Shown in pieces: positions 37,551 through 46,081 of a stretch of 64,000 nt of DNA; positions within the stretch are counted from its first letter, which is position 1; each line of letters begins with the position of its first letter. The notes under the pieces are model-generated. The model saw nothing but the letters and a program-made list of their open reading frames with translations. It had not been told where the DNA came from and made no database searches. Position numbers and translations under genes: made by a program. The stretch is from a virus, in IMG/VR virus record IMGVR_UViG_3300037961_005793, positions 1-64,000 of that record; one strand, written 5' to 3'.

Positions 37551-38267
37551 GTGACTGCATCCTCTTTCCAAGACCTGATGGGTCAGCTTAAAGAAAATAC
37601 CAGCGTTAAAATCGAAACCAAGAGCAAAAAACAACTGAGTGACCGTTATACCTTCACCGAAGGGTGGTACGACGCCCTGCTAAACAGTGAACATGTAATA
37701 CAAAACAACAACACCGACAAAAAAATCGAATTAGATGCTACAAAGAGGCTCCAAATCGTTGAAATCGGCGTTTATGAAGGTGCTTCGAGCTGTTTTTGGT
37801 CGGATTTTTATCTCAATCATCCTGATTCTCGTCTTATTTCTATTGACCCCTTTACAGGTAGCGAAGAACATCTACGTGAGCCCGAGAAGTACCCCGGATT
37901 ATCTCAGCTCGAAGTAACTGCGCGGGATAACATCGCCAAATCTGATAACGCAGGCAAAGTTGAGATTATCAAAGGTTACTCACACTTAATTTACCCACAT
38001 CTACACCACCGTTACGGTGAAGAACCGTGGATCGATATCCTTTATATCGATGGAGCACATGATTCGACTTCAGTTGCTCGTGACGTTACTTTATACGTGC
38101 CTATGGTTAAGCCTGGCGGGGTGGTCTTTTTCGACGATTACGCGCATCCTGACGTTAAAAGGGCAGTTGATATGTCTCTGAACGCTTTCGCTTCGTTTGA
38201 CATTGCCATGTTCACTGGATGGCAGCTCGTAGGAAAAGTAGCTGACTATAAAAAATCACACGGATGA
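37551..38267 (+). CDS. Class I SAM-dependent methyltransferase (Methyltransf_24-like)
   Basis: VEIGVYEGAS, DILYIDGAH, KPGGVVFFDDY. Confidence 0.85.
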   Translation: MTASSFQDLMGQLKENTSVKIETKSKKQLSDRYTFTEGWYDALLNSEHVIQNNNTDKKIELDATKRLQIVEIGVYEGASSCFWSDFYLNHPDSRLISIDPFTGSEEHLREPEKYPGLSQLEVTARDNIAKSDNAGKVEIIKGYSHLIYPHLHHRYGEEPWIDILYIDGAHDSTSVARDVTLYVPMVKPGGVVFFDDYAHPDVKRAVDMSLNAFASFDIAMFTGWQLVGKVADYKKSHG

Positions 38268-38359
38268 CACTAAGTGAATTAGGGACATTAATTCTTTTAT
38301 TAAGTCCTTTAATGCTCCCTAGCATTCTTCTACTATTTACATTAGTAGCGGGAGGTTAG
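38264..38359 (+). CDS. Single-pass membrane peptide
   Basis: MTLSELGTLILLLSPLMLPSILLLFTLVAGG, ATGA overlap. Confidence 0.45.
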   Translation: MTLSELGTLILLLSPLMLPSILLLFTLVAGG

Positions 38360-38360
38360 G

Positions 38361-38561
38361 GTGCATCTTTTTGCTCTCTTAGGTGCGGTTGTAATTATCA
38401 ACCACACGCCTTCTCACTGGTATATGTCCTGTGCAAGATGGCGAGAGCAAGCATCAAAAATACTCGTTGATCAAAGACTTCCAGAAGAAGCAAGAGTCAA
38501 ATTGGTTTTATATCTTCGCGGCAAAGTCAAAGGCAAGTGCGACTTAATTGTCGGTAAATAA
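38361..38561 (+). CDS. Hypothetical protein
   Basis: 66 aa, GGAGG upstream. Confidence 0.5.
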   Translation: MHLFALLGAVVIINHTPSHWYMSCARWREQASKILVDQRLPEEARVKLVLYLRGKVKGKCDLIVGK

Positions 38562-38885
38562 CGCTTCAAGGCCGCCGTACACGAGAGCGGCCCATCCACG
38601 GAAACTGACACTGTCTTGTGTTACAGCACATCACAGTGTGGGGGATCCAGTTTCAAACAGATGATACCGCTTCATACTCTTGGTGCAAGGCTGCGCCCAC
38701 AGAATATTTTGCACTAGCCAGCCAGGTACGTCGTTTTTTTTTAAAACCCCTTGCACATCCCTTTACCTCTTGCTGCTTGCGCTCTCCCCGTTTTTATTGC
38801 AGCTTGCACTACACAAGTAAATACACCGTAGCCCCTACTGCCACGCTCGTTAAAACTACGACTTAACTTGTAACTTACGAATAAA

Positions 38886-39623
38886 TTAAACGATTAACCC
38901 AGCAGCACCTAATGCTCGTGATGCAAATTGATTTGCAATAGCAGGTAAGCCCGCAGCCATCTGCTTAGACACACGGTCTTCTTCAGTTTCATACCCTTTA
39001 TCTTCTTCCTCACCATCTACCGCACCGTAACCAAAGGTTTCAAGGTAAGCAGGGTTTTGAGTAGCCTGCATGAAACTTGGCATATCATCTGGCACAACAC
39101 CAGCGGGACTGCCGTCCTCAATTAAGAATTTCTCATCCCCGAAGTATCGCGTGGCACCTCCCCTGTCCGGATCACCCATGTAGTAGTCCGCAGGATTGCT
39201 AGGATCACCACCAACGAAATCAAAATAAGATCCTCGGAAAGGAGCATAAGTTGCTTCCTCTTCTCGGACTGGGAAAGGAACCGGAATACCATCATCTGCA
39301 GGAATCGGGTCAACACTTACGGGTTGATCTGAATCCTCGTCTTTCAAATAACCACGAAGCTTATCCAAAGCAGCTTCCGTGGCCCCACCCTGTCTTGAAT
39401 AGGGTTCAACTTCTTCTGCGTAGTCAATAACATATCGAGCAACATCCGACTTCGAGCCGCCAAGATCCCGACCCTTGTCGAACATCTTACGAACATCTAA
39501 ACCACTAAAACGATCTGTAGGTGGTTTCTTATCAGAACCTGCACCAAAAGCTGTACGGTCATAGTCCCGCATATACTTTTCAAACTTCCGGATATCAAAC
39601 TTTTCACCAGCTTGACGTGCCAT
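38886..39623 (-). CDS. Acidic late protein sharing a domain with 59320-61149
   Basis: YMRDYDRTAFGAGS...DRFSGLDVRKMF; TAAAGT upstream. Confidence 0.7.
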   Translation of the reverse strand: MARQAGEKFDIRKFEKYMRDYDRTAFGAGSDKKPPTDRFSGLDVRKMFDKGRDLGGSKSDVARYVIDYAEEVEPYSRQGGATEAALDKLRGYLKDEDSDQPVSVDPIPADDGIPVPFPVREEEATYAPFRGSYFDFVGGDPSNPADYYMGDPDRGGATRYFGDEKFLIEDGSPAGVVPDDMPSFMQATQNPAYLETFGYGAVDGEEEDKGYETEEDRVSKQMAAGLPAIANQFASRALGAAGLIV

Positions 39624-39664
39624 ATTTCTACTGAGCAGATATCTTCTACTTTAGCTTAATCACC

Positions 39665-40528
39665 CTAAACAAATCCAGGTAATTGCGGACCTGCGTTACG
39701 AGGTACAGGTGGTGTCATAGGGACAAAACCACGTTTAATACGTTCATCCATAAAAGGTGAATCAAAATTAGGTGGAGGAGATCCAAATACACCGCCCGGT
39801 CTATAACTACCGCGAATGTAACGAGGCATCTCAGCCATCAAATCACCGTCCATCGAACTAGCGCGTCCACGGTTGTATTTCTGCCTTTCCAGATCCCGAA
39901 TAGCTTTTTGAATGTTCGGATCAGTTAAAGGACCGATCTCGCCCTTACGTAAGGAACGGAGAAGCAATTCACCTGTGGGATCCAACTGCGCCATTTCGTC
40001 GTTGTTAAGCGTACCATCATCAGGATTAGCATAACGACCAAACATTTGAGTCTTAGGACCCATCACTTCTTTGTTTTGCTCAAGGTACTGATACAAGTAA
40101 TCGCGCTTACCAGTCTCTGGAGTCAAAGGCTGAACTTCAACCTTATCTTCAGGACGGTAAACAGGCTTTCTTATATCAAAGTTATCTGTGGGGCGAAACA
40201 GTAAATCCTTTAATGCGTCTTGCTTACCACGCGGATCTAACATTTCATAAATACGCATGAAGCTATTTACTTCATCAAGACCTTTTTTAAATTCATCTAG
40301 ACCGCGCATTTCCGTTGATACACCCATCGGGTTAGAGCCCGGTGTAATTGATGGACCGCGTGGATCAACTCCGCGTCCATAACCACGAGGCTCTGGCTCC
40401 ACACCGTACGGATTTGGGTCCGGAGTAAATTGACGAGTATCTGGCCCATGAACAGGTCCTCCAAAACGGGGGCGGCTGTAGATCTGCCCGTTTCTAAAAA
40501 TACGTTCACGGGTGTCTTGAATACTCAC
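39665..40528 (-). CDS. Pro/Arg/Gly-rich putative virion protein
   Basis: 287 aa; TAAACT upstream. Confidence 0.6.
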   Translation of the reverse strand: MSIQDTRERIFRNGQIYSRPRFGGPVHGPDTRQFTPDPNPYGVEPEPRGYGRGVDPRGPSITPGSNPMGVSTEMRGLDEFKKGLDEVNSFMRIYEMLDPRGKQDALKDLLFRPTDNFDIRKPVYRPEDKVEVQPLTPETGKRDYLYQYLEQNKEVMGPKTQMFGRYANPDDGTLNNDEMAQLDPTGELLLRSLRKGEIGPLTDPNIQKAIRDLERQKYNRGRASSMDGDLMAEMPRYIRGSYRPGGVFGSPPPNFDSPFMDERIKRGFVPMTPPVPRNAGPQLPGFV

Positions 40529-40557
40529 AACACTCTGACAAAAACAATAAATTTAGT

Positions 40558-40734
40558 TTAGTCGATACGAAGGTTGCCATCTTCGTCCCAAGTTAAATGA
40601 GCCATTAATTGGTAGTTCACCCGGCACCCGCGTTCATCACAACAAATCAAAGATTTGCATTCACCGTGGTTAACTAGCGGAAACAGCTTGGACAGCGGTT
40701 CCCACACAGAAGAACCCAAAAGCTTGTCAAGCAC
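40558..40734 (-). CDS. Small hypothetical protein
   Basis: GTG start, MLDKLLGSSVWEPL...TWDEDGNLRID (58 aa); TAGACT 21 nt upstream. Confidence 0.5.
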   Translation of the reverse strand: MLDKLLGSSVWEPLSKLFPLVNHGECKSLICCDERGCRVNYQLMAHLTWDEDGNLRID

Positions 40735-40782
40735 TGCGTTTTTTGTCGCTGATTTAGTCTATGTGCCCTAGTGTACGCTCGT

Positions 40783-41109
40783 CTAATCTCTAAACCCTTC
40801 GTCATCTACGAACCACTTGCGCTTAGACGTAAACCACTCAGCAATAGAAGTTGGATCTTGCGGGCCAACTAAGTGATCTGTGGGGTCAGGATCGCCGATA
40901 TCCATATCATCAAGAAATTGATCTAACCCTCCGGCAGCTTGGTCACCTCTGAGAGCTTCTCTCCTGGCCCTACGAAGCATCGAATCGACACTGTGGTTGC
41001 TTTTCGCCCATTTTTGTATCCAAATCATGTCTGAAACTTGTACTTCCGCCCCGTTTGCTATTCGATTACAAATATATTCCGCCTTTTTCCGTACTTCAGT
41101 CGAAAGCAT
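40783..41109 (-). CDS. Conserved cyanophage hypothetical protein
   Basis: MLST...ICNRIANG...DMIW...GDPDP...EWF. Confidence 0.75.
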   Translation of the reverse strand: MLSTEVRKKAEYICNRIANGAEVQVSDMIWIQKWAKSNHSVDSMLRRARREALRGDQAAGGLDQFLDDMDIGDPDPTDHLVGPQDPTSIAEWFTSKRKWFVDDEGFRD

Positions 41110-41144
41110 CCAACTATCCCTTTGTTACCAGTCTAGTTAAGCTT

Positions 41145-41324
41145 TTATTCGTCTAGAAGCAACTCTAAAAGAGCTTTATCTAACTCAGTACGCATCGCGA
41201 CAAGCGAAACTTGCTCCTGCGGATCACCGCCAGGCCACCTTTCTAAGAAATACGCGACAGACTTCCTCAGTAAACGCAGTGAGGCCACGTCGGCTGAGAA
41301 CTCAACGCGTGATCTGTCGTCCAT
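41145..41324 (-). CDS. Small WPGGDP-motif cyanophage protein
   Basis: ...YFLERWPGGDPQEQ... (59 aa), TAATG overlap. Confidence 0.7.
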   Translation of the reverse strand: MDDRSRVEFSADVASLRLLRKSVAYFLERWPGGDPQEQVSLVAMRTELDKALLELLLDE

Positions 41325-43546
41325 TAGCGTCCAAAGATGAGTTCACTAAGACCAAACTCACCGCGCCGTGGATTAAACCGTTCTCCAGCTAAATCAGTCC
41401 TGAACTGAATCTCATCCCTGAACTTCTGAAGACCACTCCGAGGCTCAGCAATACCCAGAGTTGGGATGGGTTCTGGCTTTGTAGGAATCTCGTAAGGTTT
41501 ATCTGCTAAACCAGTCCTCTGTCGAGTCCCTAAAAATTGACGCAACTTAGGAGCAATGCCTTCACCCGTCTCTTGGCGCACCGCTTCATCCGCTGCTTCC
41601 ACAGCTGCAGAACCAATTAAACCTAAACCAACACCAGGAGCCAAAGGAGCAACTGCAGGATTAGCTAAAACTGGTGTTAGTGCGGCAGAAACAGGTAAAC
41701 CAGCAACAAAATCCTGTGCCATTTGTTTACCCATTGCTTCAGGTCCCTGCTCATAACCTGCGCGAACAGCTTCAGCACTAGGAATCAGATCAGCAACACC
41801 AGGCGCAAGAGAAGAAGGTGTGCGTCGAATGTCCTTAGCTAAGTTAGCTAAGTTATCGGGCGTTACACCAGGAACTAAGGTTGAATAAAATCTTGGCTGA
41901 GAACTATAAGGAGCCGCAGGTCTAGAAAAAGCTCCTTGCTCATCGACAAGAACACGACCAACTAACGGACTTTCAGGAGGTTCCATTTGAAGAGGAACCG
42001 CGTTGCCTTCTATATCGATGTATGTAAGCTGATCACCTTGTCTAGAAACAGGACCGTAACCAGCCAAAGTGTATGCCTTCCCTCTAATAGAAGGAGCAAA
42101 AACATTCTTAGCTTCAAACGGTGCAGCTGATCTTAAGTAACTACTTGTCTTTTCATCTAAACCCTGCTCCCTAGCTCTCTCAAGTAAGTCTGTGTTATCC
42201 ATCGGATGGTTATAAAGCATCGATCCTGCTCGTCTATCAGCCATCGATGCTTCTTGCACGTAACGCATAATCGGACGCTTCATATTCTCAGGCAAATCTT
42301 CTAGGGTCGTATAAGACATCTCCTCCCCAGGAGTTCCAATTTTGAACAACACATCTTGTGCTACATAACCGGGGTTATCTTTCAAGAACCTAACTACGTT
42401 TCTTGATACTGGATAATCCTCAGGTATTGATTCAAGATCTTCGAGACGATTTCGATTAACCCCCCTACCCACGCTGACTTTGTAGCCGTCTGCGTCGAAC
42501 TCATCGATTTCATCAATAAACTCTGTGGGAGAATAAAAAGTTCTTTCTGTATCTGTGTAATATTCAGGTCGATTTATTCCTGGAAACTCTCTTTCAAGCA
42601 AGTCCCCAGTTCTAAAATCCATATTCCTCAAAAATTCATCTACGTCCGAAGCCCTCTGTCTGATGTATTTAATGTCATCACTTTCTTTAGGTGTTGTATA
42701 CCCACCGCCGCCGATGATTGGTTTTCTTTCCTGAAAAGCAGGTTTTTCGATTAGAGCAATATCAACTCCAAGATCCATCATCTTCTCACGACCAGCCTGC
42801 TGTAACTTGGGGTCTCCTGATGTATACAGCTGCTCTGCTTCCGCTAGTTCTGGGGTGGCATCATAACCATCGTCACCTAAAGACTTAATAACACGGCTAT
42901 AAAGATTTTGACGAGCTGTGGGATCAGAGTATTTTTGTTCTAAATCTGTGTACTGCTTATACTTTTCAAACGACTTAGGGTCAATACGCGAAGCTACTTT
43001 GCCGAAATTTTCTACAGGCAGACGATAAAACGCATCTAATTCAGGATATTTTTGAAGTAAATTACGAAAGCTTTGAACTCCTTGTTGAGTTCTTATATTT
43101 CTTATTTTCTCATTCGAATCAACAATTTGGCTAGATAAACCAGGAATTATTTCTTGATAAACATCTCCTCCTACAAATTCTGAGGTGAAAGGCACCCGAG
43201 TCTCCTGTGGACGCACCCTTTCTTCGTAATCGATTAAGGGTTGACGCCTGTCTGCACGACGAGCATCTGCTCTGCGTCGACCACGGATTTCATTGATAAC
43301 ATCATCACGCCCTTGTTCACCAAGTGCCTCGAACACCTGAGGCAACATAGAACCTCTTATAAAATCTGCCTCATCGAAATATTGCATAGACGAAGAAGCC
43401 TCTGGACTCAGAGGAAACTGCCTTTGCATCTGCTGTGGGCCTTGACGCGGCGAACTCGCCGGACGATACAAACCCTCTGATTGAGATTCACGACCTCGGT
43501 TTAACTCACGATCAAGAAATTTATATCCGTACTCAGGAGCAGGCAC
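41324..43546 (-). CDS. Large putative internal virion protein
   Basis: 740 aa, hydrophobic Gly/Ala segment near the C-terminus; TAAAAT 22 nt upstream. Confidence 0.7.
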   Translation of the reverse strand: MPAPEYGYKFLDRELNRGRESQSEGLYRPASSPRQGPQQMQRQFPLSPEASSSMQYFDEADFIRGSMLPQVFEALGEQGRDDVINEIRGRRRADARRADRRQPLIDYEERVRPQETRVPFTSEFVGGDVYQEIIPGLSSQIVDSNEKIRNIRTQQGVQSFRNLLQKYPELDAFYRLPVENFGKVASRIDPKSFEKYKQYTDLEQKYSDPTARQNLYSRVIKSLGDDGYDATPELAEAEQLYTSGDPKLQQAGREKMMDLGVDIALIEKPAFQERKPIIGGGGYTTPKESDDIKYIRQRASDVDEFLRNMDFRTGDLLEREFPGINRPEYYTDTERTFYSPTEFIDEIDEFDADGYKVSVGRGVNRNRLEDLESIPEDYPVSRNVVRFLKDNPGYVAQDVLFKIGTPGEEMSYTTLEDLPENMKRPIMRYVQEASMADRRAGSMLYNHPMDNTDLLERAREQGLDEKTSSYLRSAAPFEAKNVFAPSIRGKAYTLAGYGPVSRQGDQLTYIDIEGNAVPLQMEPPESPLVGRVLVDEQGAFSRPAAPYSSQPRFYSTLVPGVTPDNLANLAKDIRRTPSSLAPGVADLIPSAEAVRAGYEQGPEAMGKQMAQDFVAGLPVSAALTPVLANPAVAPLAPGVGLGLIGSAAVEAADEAVRQETGEGIAPKLRQFLGTRQRTGLADKPYEIPTKPEPIPTLGIAEPRSGLQKFRDEIQFRTDLAGERFNPRRGEFGLSELIFGR

Positions 43547-43656
43547 TTTACTTACCGCACTTTTATCTATTTTAAACCGTATTTATAAACTACCTGCCTC
43601 CACGGGGTGCTATATTTGCGGCTTGCACAGCGCACCGTTTTTTCTTGAACAACTCC

Positions 43657-43980
43657 ATGATGATTATCGAGATCTACAGGCACCATGGCACATGGGCTTT
43701 CACTGATCCCTACAAAGGACTTGAAAACGAACCGTTTGTGGCGGGCATACCGGAAATCATCGACGAATTCATCGAAAAATTCAGTGACAAGACCCAAGAG
43801 ACGCACCGAATCACCTTTTCTTCGTCTGATTTCCCTGGTTCACACGGGAAACTAACCAAAACAAACCCCGAACAAGGAGGTGCTTGGTACAAATACGGCA
43901 AAAAAGAAGGTTGGTTGTGTCCGGCCACGCTGCACTACTTCCCAGAACACCCTGAGGAGCTTTTCGTACGGTTTAGCTAG
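43657..43980 (+). CDS. DUF6717-like protein
   Basis: TWAFTD...EPFVAG...GWLCPA..HYF. Confidence 0.7.
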   Translation: MMIIEIYRHHGTWAFTDPYKGLENEPFVAGIPEIIDEFIEKFSDKTQETHRITFSSSDFPGSHGKLTKTNPEQGGAWYKYGKKEGWLCPATLHYFPEHPEELFVRFS

Positions 43981-44419
43981 CCTGATTTTTTTTCAGGCCG
44001 CTGTTATTATATTGCTACCCTAGAACTTTTACCCCCAAAATACCTAGAAGATACCCAGACCCTTCTCGCCCACGCCGTCGTATATGTCAAATAAGTAAAA
44101 AAAGGCAACATTGCGGGGTGCCGGGGAGGGGGGATAAGTATACCTTATGGATAAATGTAGTAAGGGGTAGTGTGACTTGGTGGGGGAGTCTCCTCCTATC
44201 ATTGTTTCAATTGGTGAACCACGGTGGGGTGGTGTGATACAATCGCGCACGCGCACGCAGTTCCTCTTAGTTACAAGGAGCGAACACAATGTGCCAATCA
44301 CATCTCCGCACACCATTCTCACCAACGTCACCGGATCCGTGGTCTACTTAATGGTGTCGAAGGGAGAGCGAGGCATGAGACCTCAGCACCGGAGACAATC
44401 TTCGAACTGTCACCAGTTC

Positions 44420-44448
44420 TTGCCGAGTTCGGCACAATCCCGTAACTT
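44420..44448 (+). promoter_or_regulatory. Sigma70-type early promoter
   Basis: TTGCCG-N17-TAACTT. Confidence 0.6.
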
Positions 44449-44457
44449 GGTTCACAA

Positions 44458-45047
44458 GTCAGGCAACTGACCCACAATCCAACCAGCTTTGTTCAGTCCT
44501 TCGGGACATGTAACTAAGGCAGAACCTCGACAATCGAATCAGGATTAGCTAAGGGCAAAGGAGTTCCTCCTCCCTGGTGTGGCAATTGCCTCGCTTTAGT
44601 TATCTCCTGCTCTTCTTAATAGTTATGTGCCAGGTGTGTAGGGATAGCCTGCACTGCCACACGTCCGGCGTTCCGGTGTGGAGGGTGAACAGTAATGTTC
44701 TGATCGGCGGAATCGTCCGAGCCCAGCAGCACAGTTTTTAGTTACCTTCCCCATACAGGCGTGGTGTCTCTGTACATCAGGCCCCAGGGGGAAAGCTTCC
44801 TATCCTCATTTTGCTTCAGACCATACAATTTAATACTTTTGACATCATTTTGTGCGCTTTATGCGCTCTTTTTTGTTTTTGCTGGGTAGGGTTGACTTAT
44901 GTCTAAGGGTTTGCAGTCTTGTAGTACCCATAGATACAGCAGCTCTACCTCAGTTTATGTTGTGATCATCCGTGATCATGACCTTTTCTGGAGTTTATGA
45001 ATCCTCCCATGAGCCTTTTCGGTTCATTGAAGGACTCTAATCCTTCA
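44458..45047 (+). ncRNA. Candidate long structured leader / ncRNA array
   Basis: Successive hairpins and multibranch domains with GNRA/UUCG loops and plus-strand G-U pairs; no credible ORF. Confidence 0.55.
44486..44534 (+). promoter_or_regulatory. boxB hairpin plus boxA-like antitermination element
   Basis: UUCG hairpin followed by AGAACCTCGACAA, resembling the cyanobacterial rrn boxA GAACCTTGA(A/C)AA. Confidence 0.5.
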
Positions 45048-45073
45048 CCAATTGTTCTACGTTCATTCCAAAC

Positions 45074-45409
45074 ATGCGTAAGATCGAAACTCTCATGAAC
45101 AAAGCCCTCATTAACAGCAAGAACTGGAAACTTGCAAACACTGAGGTTACTTTCGACCAAGAATCTGGTCACTCTCGTGTATATCTACATGGCAACCACA
45201 TTGCCACCCTTGGTGAAACCTTCCTCACAATTACAGACGCTGGGTATCAAACAAGGACCACAAAGTCACGACTAAATGCAATCATCCGCACATTTTGTTT
45301 CGAGGGTGAGAGTATTTATCAGAAACGTGGCGAGTGGTTTGTGAAGAAGCAAACAGTAGATGGTAAAGACTTTGAGAACATTCCTTTTTACGGTACTTAC
45401 ACTTTCTGA
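45074..45409 (+). CDS. Early hypothetical protein (cyanophage family)
   Basis: MRKIE...VYLHGNHIA...TTKSRLNA. Confidence 0.75.
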   Translation: MRKIETLMNKALINSKNWKLANTEVTFDQESGHSRVYLHGNHIATLGETFLTITDAGYQTRTTKSRLNAIIRTFCFEGESIYQKRGEWFVKKQTVDGKDFENIPFYGTYTF

Positions 45410-45414
45410 TAATC

Positions 45415-45744
45415 ATGTCATCTCTCACAATCAAGACAAACAATCATCCACGCCAGCTTATGTCTGGTCTCACGCTAGATCTGCATGTGGGTGAGAAGAA
45501 GGCTGTTGAGATTCGTCAGCAGTTTGATTACCTGAACGACGAAGAATTTGAGAACGAAGACTTCATAACTTACAAAGGTTATACATATGCTATGTGTGAC
45601 TTTATGCGAAACAATGATCATCCTGACAGCGAGTTTGCAAAGTGGGATGGGTATCACGCTGACTCTTATTTCAGCGGAGTTCTTCTCAAATATGTAGAAG
45701 ATTCTGACTACAACGAAGTTATTCTTGCCACCTATTTTTCTTGA
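45415..45744 (+). CDS. Early hypothetical protein
   Basis: IKTNNHPR...WDGYHADSYFSG. Confidence 0.7.
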   Translation: MSSLTIKTNNHPRQLMSGLTLDLHVGEKKAVEIRQQFDYLNDEEFENEDFITYKGYTYAMCDFMRNNDHPDSEFAKWDGYHADSYFSGVLLKYVEDSDYNEVILATYFS

Positions 45745-45746
45745 TC

Positions 45747-45929
45747 ATGGCTTCAACTTACATCACCAAAGCCCAGCGCAAAATCTTGATCGACTCTTAT
45801 ATAGAGTGCGCTGACGAGATGGGTCTTGATGACCTGGATGAAACTCAAGCAAGACTTGAGAAGCTAAGCAACACAAAGCTCATCGCAGAATGTGTTGCAT
45901 TTGTGCCTGATTGCATGGAGGAAATTTGA
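45747..45929 (+). CDS. Early hypothetical protein
   Basis: TGATCATG start context. Confidence 0.6.
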   Translation: MASTYITKAQRKILIDSYIECADEMGLDDLDETQARLEKLSNTKLIAECVAFVPDCMEEI

Positions 45930-45931
45930 TC

Positions 45932-46081
45932 ATGATTATTGAATTAAACAACGACGAGATCGAACTTCTTTATTACTGTCTGGAACAACAGGAGTATGAA
46001 TTCAACTTTGACGAACAAACATTGTGTAATCAAATGATTTGTAAGTTTCAAACTGCTCAAGCAAACTCGACTGAATCATGA
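45932..46081 (+). CDS. Early hypothetical protein
   Basis: MIIELNNDEIELLYYCLEQ... (49 aa) with GGAGG upstream; fills the gap exactly. Confidence 0.55.
   Translation: MIIELNNDEIELLYYCLEQQEYEFNFDEQTLCNQMICKFQTAQANSTES

Noticed and set aside
38264-38359. Resemblance of LPSIL to PsaI
   Set aside because: The motif position and the rest of the peptide do not match; kept as an unknown TM peptide
38562-38885. Possible gene or pseudogene in this gap
   Set aside because: No frame on either strand gave a convincing protein
44044-44470. ORFs 44044-44331, 44177-44470 and 44224-44445
   Set aside because: Atypical composition, and they overlap promoter and G-tract elements; the region is better explained as non-coding
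44683-44724. Three-way junction with CTGAT as a hammerhead ribozyme
   Set aside because: Lacks the CUGANGA and GAAA core in the required arrangement
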